Shown here: piece after piece, positions 38,405 to 47,092 of the stretch
How positions within the stretch are numbered: the stretch's first letter is position 1
How the letters are laid out: the number at the start of each line of letters is the position of its first letter
Virus record (IMG/VR): IMGVR_UViG_3300027969_000046
Length of the DNA: 64,000 bases
From: a virus
Strand: one strand, 5' to 3'
Position numbers and translations under genes: made by a program
Notes under the pieces: generated by a model
Told to the model about the DNA's origin: nothing
Databases searched by the model: none
Seen by the model: only the letters and a program-made list of their open reading frames with translations

Positions 38405-39546
38405 TGGAAAATGTATTAACTAAATTCGACAATTATAAACGCACATGGTCTGTCAAGGCAGAACTACCAATTGAGTTTACACTAAAGTATTCTAGTGATG
38501 TATTCAATTGGAGTAATCACGACCTGTTGAGTTTTAGTGAGTCCAATCGTAGAGTGGTTGTTATAGACCAGACTGTATATAAACTATATGGTCAACAATT
38601 AGAAGATTACTTTAAAACATTTCAAATAGAATTGAAGTTGTTTATCATAGATGCCACAGAAGAAAAGAAAGATTGGCCACACACAGACCAAATTTTAAGG
38701 TTCTTTGAAGAAGTTGGTGTTTTGCGTAGAGAAGCAATCATTGTTATTGGTGGTGGTGTTCTACTAGACTTGGTTGGTTTCTGTTGTTCAATTTATCGCA
38801 GAGGCATTCCTTACATTAAAGTGCCAACTACATTGTTGGCTATTGTAGATGCTTCAGTTGGTGTTAAAGTTGCAGCTAACCACTTTGGTCGTAGAAATCG
38901 TATCGGTGCATATTATCCACCAATTGCCACATTACTAGACAAGAAGTTTATTGCTACACAAGATGAAAGAAACATTGTTAATGGTATTGCAGAGATATTT
39001 AAACTTGCAGTAATCAAAGATAAAGAATTGTTTGAGTTGTTAGAAACAAGTGCAGAACAATTAATCACCGAAAAGTTTCAATTTGGTGCGGTACCAGTTC
39101 GTGTAATCAATTCTGCCATTACAGGTATGATTGAAGAATTGGCACCAAACCTATGGGAAAGAAAACTAGACCGATGTGTTGACTTTGGCCATTCGTTTAG
39201 TCCTATTATTGAAATGCAGAATGTTGCTACATTACAACATGGTGAGGCGGTTGTATTAGATTGCCTGTTGAGTTCTTGCTTGGCTAATGTCCGTGGTTAT
39301 ATTGATACTGAAACACTACAAAGAATATTTAAGACAGCACACAGTTTAAAATTGCCTGTATTCCATAAAGATTTCTGTAATTTTGATTTGCTTAAAAAGT
39401 CATTATCTGATACAATGAAACATAGAAATGGTAATCAATACTTACCTGTTCCTGTTGGCATTGGTAACTATAAAATATTAAATGATGTAACTGATGATGA
39501 GATAAAGAAAGCTTCAGATATATTTGAAGAAGTTAAATATGAATAA
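38404..39546 (+). CDS. Sedoheptulose-7-phosphate cyclase, EEVS (2-epi-5-epi-valiolone synthase) type
   Basis: GGGVLLD, YRRG.PYIKVPTTLL..VDA, MIEELAPNLWE...RCVDFGHSFSP, HGEAV. Confidence 0.85.
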   Translation: MENVLTKFDNYKRTWSVKAELPIEFTLKYSSDVFNWSNHDLLSFSESNRRVVVIDQTVYKLYGQQLEDYFKTFQIELKLFIIDATEEKKDWPHTDQILRFFEEVGVLRREAIIVIGGGVLLDLVGFCCSIYRRGIPYIKVPTTLLAIVDASVGVKVAANHFGRRNRIGAYYPPIATLLDKKFIATQDERNIVNGIAEIFKLAVIKDKELFELLETSAEQLITEKFQFGAVPVRVINSAITGMIEELAPNLWERKLDRCVDFGHSFSPIIEMQNVATLQHGEAVVLDCLLSSCLANVRGYIDTETLQRIFKTAHSLKLPVFHKDFCNFDLLKKSLSDTMKHRNGNQYLPVPVGIGNYKILNDVTDDEIKKASDIFEEVKYE

Positions 39547-40216
39547 GACCATTTTGATTACTGGCACCACAAGTGGTGTTGGTGCAACAATCGCATATGA
39601 TTACATTGAGAAAGGTTGGAATGTAATTGGTCTTGCTCGTGGTGAATCTTTATTTGATTATGCAAACTACAAACACTTTCAAGTTGATGTTGGCAATCCA
39701 TACCACTTGAATGAAGTGTTTGAACAGATTGGTAATAAGAACATTGATATTCTAGTTAATAATGCAGCTGTGTTTAAGATGAAACCATTTTCACAAACCA
39801 GTATTGATGAGATTGATGATATGATTGATATTAATCTTAAAGGTGCCATGTATGTAACTAAGTTTGCATTACAGAATATGGAAAAAGGTAGTCGTATATT
39901 CTTTATTAATTCGGTGGCAGGCCTTGAAGAACTAGAAAATCAATCAGCATATTGTTCCTCTAAACATGGTCTTACAGGATTTGCTGGTGTTCTTGGTCAA
40001 GAGTTACGGCCAAGAGGCATTAAAGTAACAAGTATCCATCCAGGCGGTATTGATACGCCATTATGGAGTAGAGATATACCTTACCCGTGTGGTGATGTGA
40101 GTAAGGCAATATCACCAATGGAACTTGTGAAAGTAATTGATTTCGTGTATAATAGCCAATTCAATATTGAATACAAGACTATTAAAATGTTTCCTGATAC
40201 AGAGTGGCATAAATGA
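39539..40216 (+). CDS. Short-chain dehydrogenase/reductase
   Basis: TGTTSGVG, NNAA, YCSSK, PGGIDT. Confidence 0.92.
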   Translation: MNKTILITGTTSGVGATIAYDYIEKGWNVIGLARGESLFDYANYKHFQVDVGNPYHLNEVFEQIGNKNIDILVNNAAVFKMKPFSQTSIDEIDDMIDINLKGAMYVTKFALQNMEKGSRIFFINSVAGLEELENQSAYCSSKHGLTGFAGVLGQELRPRGIKVTSIHPGGIDTPLWSRDIPYPCGDVSKAISPMELVKVIDFVYNSQFNIEYKTIKMFPDTEWHK

Positions 40217-40926
40217 TTATACCAAGTACCGACTTATTCATTGTAACATCTGCTTTGAGAACGAGCATTGGTGTTATTGATGATGAAACGAGATTAAAAC
40301 AAACAATAGAAGGCCTGCAATCATTACGCAAGGCCGCACCTGATGCCATTATCCTATGGGTAGATGCTTCGTCCAAAATGGTTGATGAAGCAACAATGGT
40401 TACAGTAAGTCAATATTGTGATAGAAGTATCAGTTTCTTTGGTGATGAAGATTTAATGACGCTTGCAAATGCAGGCCTCAAATCACAAGCAGAAGTTACT
40501 TTATTGTTTAAGACACTAGGTATTATTAAACAACATCCTGAATTACAGAAGATGATGGCTGGTGTTCGTAGAGTGTTTAAGCTATCTGCTAGAACCAATA
40601 TGCTTGAGGGTTATGACCCTAAGGTATATGATAATCTATATGGTAAGTATGTGTTTAAGAAAAGAATACCATCTTGGTTGCCACCATATAAACAAGTGGA
40701 ATCTGATTGTAACCATCTATACATAACTAGGATGTATTCATTCTGTGTATCATTGATTGATAACTATTTGCATATTCTACCAGAAATATACCGAACAGTT
40801 AATGAATTTGGTGTAGATACAGAACACGCACATTTTGGTAACACAGACAAAAATTTAACTGTTGAATTTGAAAATTTATATTGTGAAGGAGTTTTGGCAG
40901 GAAATGGCCAGACAGAAAGATATTAA
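40213..40926 (+). CDS. Hypothetical protein in the glycan cluster
   Basis: FIVTSA...FKLSAR; cluster context. Confidence 0.6.
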   Translation: MIIPSTDLFIVTSALRTSIGVIDDETRLKQTIEGLQSLRKAAPDAIILWVDASSKMVDEATMVTVSQYCDRSISFFGDEDLMTLANAGLKSQAEVTLLFKTLGIIKQHPELQKMMAGVRRVFKLSARTNMLEGYDPKVYDNLYGKYVFKKRIPSWLPPYKQVESDCNHLYITRMYSFCVSLIDNYLHILPEIYRTVNEFGVDTEHAHFGNTDKNLTVEFENLYCEGVLAGNGQTERY

Positions 40927-42212
40927 TGATTGACGAAAAAATACAAGAACTAGCTAAACTTGCTAGACCAAAATATTTACAGAATTACGACAACTTCAAA
41001 CCTGGCGAAGATTATGTAATGTATTCTGGCCAATTGTGGGACGAAAGAGAGATGGAACTTTCTCTTAAAGCATTCCTTACAGGCAAATGGGTTTCAGCAG
41101 GTGAGAATGTTGAGAAGTTTCAGATTAAATTCTCCAAGAAATACAATGTCAAAGCCTCACACATGGTCAATTCTGGTTCATCTGCCAACTTGGTGATGAT
41201 TGCAGGTGTTAAGAAACATTTGAAATGGGAAGATGGCGATGAAGTCATCGTATCACCTGTTGGTTTTCCAACCACAATTGCACCATTGGTTCAGAACAAT
41301 CTTAAACCAGTATTTGTTGATATTGAGTTTGATACATTAAATTTTGATGTTAATAAGATTGAAGCGAAGATTACTTCAAAGACTAAAGCAATTATTGTAT
41401 CTCCTGTGATGGCCAATCCGCCTGACATGGATATAATCCATGATATCTGTTACAGAAACAATTTAGTATTGATTGGTGATAATTGTGATTCACTAGGTAC
41501 AAAATGGAATGGTAAACTGTTGACAGATTTGTATTACTGCTGGTCAACTTCATTCTATCCCGCACACCACATCTCAACAGGCGAAGGTGGCATGGTATCA
41601 TCTAATGATAGCTTGTTGATTGATACTGTTAGGTCATTCAGTTGGTGGGGTCGTGATTGTTACTGCATTGGTTCTAACAATCAACTTCCATGTGGCACTT
41701 GCGGTAACCGATTCGACAGATGGTTGCCAGGCTATGATGGCATTATTGACCACAAATATATCTTTGCAAACATGGGTTACAATTTGAAACCACTTGATAT
41801 GCAAGGTGCAATTGGTATTGCTCAGTTAGAAAAGGTTGATTACATTGACCAGAAACGCAGAGAACATAAACTAAGATTGGCTAAATTATTGACGGACAAT
41901 CTAAATGTCCGTGTTGCTGATAAACTAGAGCAATCAGACCCATCTTGGTTCGGTGTTCCAATTATCTGTGAAACACAAGAGATTAAAGAGAAGTTGGTTG
42001 CACACTTTGAAGCCAATAAAATTCAGACACGAAACTATTTTGCTGGTAACATCTTGTTACATCCAGGTTACAATCACTTAGATGATTCTAGTAAATATCC
42101 ATTAGCAAACAAAGCACTATCTCATGTCTTTATCTTGGGCTGCCCTCCATTTTGGAATGATGCTGTGTTTAAATATATTGAAAAGGTGATTAAAGATGCC
42201 AAGTCCATCTAA
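40926..42212 (+). CDS. rfbH: CDP-4-keto-6-deoxyglucose 3-dehydrase (RfbH/E1-like, PMP and Fe-S)
   Basis: NSGSSAN, SFYPAHH (His replaces the PLP lysine), GRDCYC..CG.RF, DHKY. Confidence 0.88.
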   Translation: MIDEKIQELAKLARPKYLQNYDNFKPGEDYVMYSGQLWDEREMELSLKAFLTGKWVSAGENVEKFQIKFSKKYNVKASHMVNSGSSANLVMIAGVKKHLKWEDGDEVIVSPVGFPTTIAPLVQNNLKPVFVDIEFDTLNFDVNKIEAKITSKTKAIIVSPVMANPPDMDIIHDICYRNNLVLIGDNCDSLGTKWNGKLLTDLYYCWSTSFYPAHHISTGEGGMVSSNDSLLIDTVRSFSWWGRDCYCIGSNNQLPCGTCGNRFDRWLPGYDGIIDHKYIFANMGYNLKPLDMQGAIGIAQLEKVDYIDQKRREHKLRLAKLLTDNLNVRVADKLEQSDPSWFGVPIICETQEIKEKLVAHFEANKIQTRNYFAGNILLHPGYNHLDDSSKYPLANKALSHVFILGCPPFWNDAVFKYIEKVIKDAKSI

Positions 42213-43023
42213 ATTTCAAATATTTGGTGGTTCAGGTTTTGTTGGTTCTGAATTGGTTAAACAAATTGAAAACTGTATTGTAACTCCACGCCGTGATTAT
42301 ACAGTAGAAGGTTGTGATATCATTTATTTGATTTCAACTGTTAGTAACTACAATGTTAAAACAGACCCTCTTATTGACATTGACACCAATTTAACAACTC
42401 TTATGCAGGTGTTAAGACAATGTAAAGATAGAAATTTGACATTCAATTTTATTAGTTCATGGTTTGTTTATGGTGAAACTGAAATGCCTGCAACGGAAGA
42501 ATCAAATTGTTATCCAAATGGATTTTATTCAATCACTAAACGCTGTGCCGAGCAACTACTAATTTCTTATTGTGAAACCTTTGGCATCAAATATCGTATT
42601 CTCCGTCTTGCCAATGTGGCAGGTAGTGGTGATAAGAAAGCCTCACCACAAAAGAACGCACTTCAACATATGATTAATGAATTGAAGGCAGGCCGTGATG
42701 TGAATGTGTATGATGGTGGGAATCTATTCCGTGACTACATCCATGTTAACGATGTTGCTACGGCAATTAAGACCATCGTGGAAAAAGGCGAAGTTAATAC
42801 CATCTATAATGTGGGCAATGGCAAACCTATGTTGTTTAAAGATATGATTGAGTATGCCAAAGAGTTAATTGGCGGTGAAGGCAAATTAAATCCAATTGAA
42901 ATTCCGCAGTTCCATCGCACGGTACAAGTTCGTAGTATGTGGATGCTCAGCGACAAACTTAAATCGCTTGGGTACGAGCCAAAATACGATTTGAAGGCTA
43001 TCATTGAAGATATGGTTCGATGA
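42196..43023 (+). CDS. NAD-dependent epimerase/reductase
   Basis: GGSGFVG, YSITK, RDYIHV. Confidence 0.85.
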   Translation: MPSPSKFQIFGGSGFVGSELVKQIENCIVTPRRDYTVEGCDIIYLISTVSNYNVKTDPLIDIDTNLTTLMQVLRQCKDRNLTFNFISSWFVYGETEMPATEESNCYPNGFYSITKRCAEQLLISYCETFGIKYRILRLANVAGSGDKKASPQKNALQHMINELKAGRDVNVYDGGNLFRDYIHVNDVATAIKTIVEKGEVNTIYNVGNGKPMLFKDMIEYAKELIGGEGKLNPIEIPQFHRTVQVRSMWMLSDKLKSLGYEPKYDLKAIIEDMVR

Positions 43024-43667
43024 ATCTTAAAATCTATCAAGCATACTATGATTCGGTACAGTTACCTAACTTAGACCCCGTATTCATACCTTACGATAAT
43101 ACCGCAAACGATGCTCCTGAAATGCGTGAGTTGCCTATGTGGCGAAAACTCTTAGAGAAACATAAAGATTCTGATGCTCATTGGGGTTTATTATCTTGGA
43201 GATGGTTACATAAAACAGGATTGCCGCCATATCAGTTCAGAGATTGGATACAAGAAAATCCTGGCTACGATGTATATCATTTCGACCCATTCAAACATTT
43301 AGCTGATGAATATCCAAATTTATGGGTGCAAGGTGATAGATGGCATCCAGGCATGATTAACTTTGCGAACAGATTATTTCCAAAAATTGGTATTGATACA
43401 CCAGTTGAGCAATTTAAATATCTACCAGAAGATTTTGGAAGTTGTAATTATTTCATTGGTAATAGTAAATTTTGGAAAAATTACCTGTCTTTTCTTGACC
43501 TATGTCTAAGAACTTGTGAAGAAGATGTAGCTCTAAGCAACTACATATACAAAGAAGGTCAAACATATAATGGCCATTTTCTTCCATATTTTTCATTTGT
43601 AATAGAAAGATTGTTTTCTATTCATAACATATTGAACCGTGATATTACAGTTAAAAGATACCCATGA
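43020..43667 (+). CDS. Hypothetical protein, possible glycosyltransferase
   Basis: WGLLSWR, CNYFIG, FVIERLF; cluster context. Confidence 0.55.
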   Translation: MNLKIYQAYYDSVQLPNLDPVFIPYDNTANDAPEMRELPMWRKLLEKHKDSDAHWGLLSWRWLHKTGLPPYQFRDWIQENPGYDVYHFDPFKHLADEYPNLWVQGDRWHPGMINFANRLFPKIGIDTPVEQFKYLPEDFGSCNYFIGNSKFWKNYLSFLDLCLRTCEEDVALSNYIYKEGQTYNGHFLPYFSFVIERLFSIHNILNRDITVKRYP

Positions 43668-44443
43668 TTAATGAATTTGATTACGAAAAACTGAATAAAG
43701 AGTATAATGATGGCAAACCGTTTCGCCATGTGGTGATTGACAATTTCTTTGATGATGAAACAGCATTGAAATTATCTTCTGAATTTCCTGATTTTAATGA
43801 CCCAATCATTTGGTCTGTATATAAGAGTCCAATTGAGAACAAGAAATTGACTCCTAATTGGGATTTGTTTCCTAAAGAAACATACAAGGCCTTTTCGTTG
43901 ATGAATACACCAGAGTTTGTGGACAAAGTCCGTAAAATTACTGGTATTAATAATTTAGAAGCTGATTATGGACTACATGGTGGCGGTTGGCATATGACTG
44001 CTCGTGGTGGTAAATTGAATATGCATAAAGACTATTCAATTCATCCAAAACTAGGTAAAGAAAGACGAATCAATATCATCATCTACATGACACCAGAATG
44101 GCAAGAAGAATGGAATGGTGGTTTAGAATTCTGGTCACATAATGAAGAAAAGAATCTTCCAAAAGAGTGTGTAACCAAAGTATTCAATAAATTTAATAGT
44201 GCGGTTCTATTTGATACCGCAGACAATTCATGGCATGGTCTGCCAACAGAACTCCAATGTCCTGATGGCGTCTATCGCAAGTCATTGAATATCTACTATG
44301 TTTCAGAAGCTCGTCAAGAAGCAGAGAAACACGATAGAGCCATGTTTGCCCCCTATGGAGAACAAGCAAACAATCCCGATATACTTGAACTTATTAAGAA
44401 AAGGTCTAGTTCCAAGACATCTGCTGATACATATAGAACCTAA
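43664..44443 (+). CDS. 2OG-Fe(II) oxygenase
   Basis: HKD, GGLE, SWHG, RKSL. Confidence 0.88.
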   Translation: MINEFDYEKLNKEYNDGKPFRHVVIDNFFDDETALKLSSEFPDFNDPIIWSVYKSPIENKKLTPNWDLFPKETYKAFSLMNTPEFVDKVRKITGINNLEADYGLHGGGWHMTARGGKLNMHKDYSIHPKLGKERRINIIIYMTPEWQEEWNGGLEFWSHNEEKNLPKECVTKVFNKFNSAVLFDTADNSWHGLPTELQCPDGVYRKSLNIYYVSEARQEAEKHDRAMFAPYGEQANNPDILELIKKRSSSKTSADTYRT

Positions 44444-44448
44444 ATTTA

Positions 44449-44456
44449 TATAAATA
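44449..44456 (+). promoter_or_regulatory. T4-type late promoter
   Basis: Exact TATAAATA before the head-associated gene block. Confidence 0.8.
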
Positions 44457-44495
44457 GACTGTAAGTTTAATAATTATAACGCTGTAGAGGCGGAG

Positions 44496-46775
44496 ATGAA
44501 ATTTAGAGATTTTATACTAGAAGCAACAGAGAAGCACGCCGTCATGGCCTTTGGAAGGATGAACCCTCCAACGACTGGTCATGCCAAATTGGTCGATAAG
44601 GTCAAAGAGGTTGCTGCTGAACACAAAGCTTCACATCATGTGGTATTATCTCATTCTCAGGATGCTAAAAAGAATCCTCTCTCCGCTAAAGACAAACTGA
44701 AACACGCAAAGCGTTTCTTCCCAAACACCAATCTGTCCACTTCAGATTCGGAACATCCAACTTTCCTACATCATGCTGCTAAATTACACAAACAAGGTGT
44801 AACGCATTTGCACATGGTTGCTGGTTCTGACCGCACAGACGAATATAAGAAAAAGTTGGCTCAGTATAATGGAAAACACGAAGGTGCATTATTCAATTTT
44901 AAAAAGATTACTGTTCATTCTTCTGGTGAAAGAGATCCTGATGCTGAAGGCACAGAAGGAATGTCAGCCTCCAAAATGAGAGGTCATGCTTCAACAAGTA
45001 ACTTTAAAGAATTTAAGAAAGGTATTCCTGGCCATGTACCTGAACACCATGCAAAAGAATTAATGCACGATGTTCGTAAAGGTATGGGACTTAAAGAAAG
45101 TGTAGATGAACTCTTTGAAGAATTGTTAACTGAAGGTGTGCATGACAAAGGCATTTTTAAGGCAGTATTCTTAGCAGGTGGTCCTGGTTCTGGTAAAGAT
45201 TATGTTTTAGATAACACACTTGCTGGCCACGGCATGACCGAGATTAACTCTGATAAAGCATTAGAGTTTTTGATGGACAAAAAAGGCCTTAATAAGACCA
45301 TGCCTGCTTCTGAAAAAGTTGCAAGAGATGTTGAGCGTGGTAAGGCCAAGAACATGACCGAGTTACGCCAAAGATTGGCACTACATGGTCGTAATGGTGT
45401 TATCATCAACGGTACTGGTGATGATGCTGAAAAGATTAAAAAAATTAAAAGTCGTTTAGAAGAACTTGGTTACGATACTGCCATGATTATGGTTAATACT
45501 CGTGATGAAGTATCTGCTTCACGAAATGTTGAAAGAGGTCAAAGAGGTGGTAGAAGTGTACCTGAAACCATCCGTAAACAGAAATGGCAATCGGTACAAG
45601 ATTCAAGAGCAGACTTAGCAAAACTATTTGGTGACAAGTATGTTGAGTTTGATAACTCTGAAGATTTAAGAAGTGCCAAACCAGAAATTGTGCAAGCTAA
45701 GAAAGAAGAAATGTTGAATATCTATAAAGGTGTTCAGAAGTTTATTAAAACTCCACCTAAAGCACCACAAGCAAAAGAATGGATTGGCCAAGAATTAGAA
45801 AAGAGTGATAAATTGCCTGTCAACACCAAAGTTGATTCTATGCCACATCCTAATAGTGGTGCAGCTGATGAAGCTCGTAAGATGGGATTACAATATTATG
45901 GTTTTGGTCGTTATGGTAAAGATGGTAAAGTTACATTCCGTTCTGTCCATGATAAATTACAACAAGTTAAACCTGATGAACCAAAGGTAACTCCATTGCA
46001 AACAAAACCAGTTGCTAAGAAAGTCAACGAAGAATTTGAAAACGAATTTGCTAATCCTTTGTTAGAATCAGCACTTGATAAGTTCCGTGCTGCTGCAGCT
46101 GAGAGAGAAAAGAAACACAATGAGATTGAGGCTAAACGCAAAGAAGCTGAAAAACAAGGTAAAGAAAATATGTCTGGCTCTATTGACCGTTTAGAGAAAC
46201 ATTTAAATAAAGAATCACATGAAATAAATCATAAGAGTTTATTGAAGGATACACACGGCAAAGTAAGAACATTTATGCTTCGCCGTTCTGCTGCTAAAGA
46301 AGCCCACATAAATGGTGGTGTAGTCTATAAGCAAGGCAAGGGGTATGTAATTAAAATCAAGGAGAATGAAGATGTTAAAGTTAATCAAAAGTTTTTTCAA
46401 GAAAGCGGAAGAACCAACACCAGTAGTAGCACCGGAACCAGTAGTATCTCCGAAGCCGACTACCAATACCAAACCGGTAGTGACCTCGAAAACAGTCCCG
46501 TCAAAACCAAAATCACCCTCAACCAAATCCGCACCAAGAAAGAAAGTAAAGTAAAAGAGTCGATTGATAAGGGTATTGAACCTGGTATGTCTATGGCAGC
46601 TGGCGGAGAATCCATTGGTCGTGATATGGGCGAGAAGATTAAGAAGCGGAAGATTTCTGTTACTGAAATGCAAGGTGACGAAACTACCGCTTCTATCGGT
46701 GACCAAAAAGAAGATGAATTAAAGAAGAAAGGCATAGACCTTTTATCGTTCAGAAAAAGAAATTACGCACTATGA
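44496..46775 (+). CDS. Fusion of HxGH-type nucleotidyltransferase, P-loop kinase and low-complexity tail
   Basis: FGRMNPPTTGH, VAGSDR, MSASKMR; KAVFLAGGPGSGK. Confidence 0.75.
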   Translation: MKFRDFILEATEKHAVMAFGRMNPPTTGHAKLVDKVKEVAAEHKASHHVVLSHSQDAKKNPLSAKDKLKHAKRFFPNTNLSTSDSEHPTFLHHAAKLHKQGVTHLHMVAGSDRTDEYKKKLAQYNGKHEGALFNFKKITVHSSGERDPDAEGTEGMSASKMRGHASTSNFKEFKKGIPGHVPEHHAKELMHDVRKGMGLKESVDELFEELLTEGVHDKGIFKAVFLAGGPGSGKDYVLDNTLAGHGMTEINSDKALEFLMDKKGLNKTMPASEKVARDVERGKAKNMTELRQRLALHGRNGVIINGTGDDAEKIKKIKSRLEELGYDTAMIMVNTRDEVSASRNVERGQRGGRSVPETIRKQKWQSVQDSRADLAKLFGDKYVEFDNSEDLRSAKPEIVQAKKEEMLNIYKGVQKFIKTPPKAPQAKEWIGQELEKSDKLPVNTKVDSMPHPNSGAADEARKMGLQYYGFGRYGKDGKVTFRSVHDKLQQVKPDEPKVTPLQTKPVAKKVNEEFENEFANPLLESALDKFRAAAAEREKKHNEIEAKRKEAEKQGKENMSGSIDRLEKHLNKESHEINHKSLLKDTHGKVRTFMLRRSAAKEAHINGGVVYKQGKGYVIKIKENEDVKVNQKFFQESGRTNTSSSTGTSSISEADYQYQTGSDLENSPVKTKITLNQIRTKKESKVKESIDKGIEPGMSMAAGGESIGRDMGEKIKKRKISVTEMQGDETTASIGDQKEDELKKKGIDLLSFRKRNYAL
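46372..46554 (+). CDS. Overprinted small Pro/Lys-rich protein in another frame inside 44496..46775
   Basis: AAGGAG 7 nt before ATG; amphipathic N-terminus MLKLIKSFFKK, then P/K/T/S-rich tail. Confidence 0.55.
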   Translation: MLKLIKSFFKKAEEPTPVVAPEPVVSPKPTTNTKPVVTSKTVPSKPKSPSTKSAPRKKVK

Positions 46776-47074
46776 AAAGACTAAAAGAATTCATGGCAGA
46801 GTCCCCAGCATGGACTCGCAAAGAAGGCAAAAGCGAAGCCGGTGGTTTAAACCGTAAAGGTATTGAATCATATCGCAGAGAGAATCCAGGTTCTAAACTT
46901 TCAATGGCAGTTACAACTAAACCATCTAAGTTGAAGCCAGGTTCTAAATCTGCAAATCGTAGAAAATCATTTTGTTCCAGAATGTCCGGAATGAAAGCAA
47001 AACTTACATCTGCTAAAACCGCAAGGGATCCAGATAGCAGAATTAATAAAGCACTAAGAAAATGGAATTGTTAA
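46772..47074 (+). CDS. Small basic phage protein, putative internal head protein
   Basis: MKRLKEFMAE start; GGLNRKG...RRKSFCSRM...LRKWNC. Confidence 0.75.
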   Translation: MKRLKEFMAESPAWTRKEGKSEAGGLNRKGIESYRRENPGSKLSMAVTTKPSKLKPGSKSANRRKSFCSRMSGMKAKLTSAKTARDPDSRINKALRKWNC

Positions 47075-47092
47075 TTCAAAAGGAAACTAACC

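Noticed and set aside
38404-39546. Calling this gene aroB (3-dehydroquinate synthase) or an MAA sunscreen DDGS
   Set aside because: Active-site region matches the EEVS pattern; no shikimate genes, O-methyltransferase or ATP-grasp gene nearby.
40926-42212. DegT-type aminotransferase that would make an aminocyclitol
   Set aside because: The catalytic lysine position is His (PAHH) and a Cys cluster is present, as in RfbH dehydrases.
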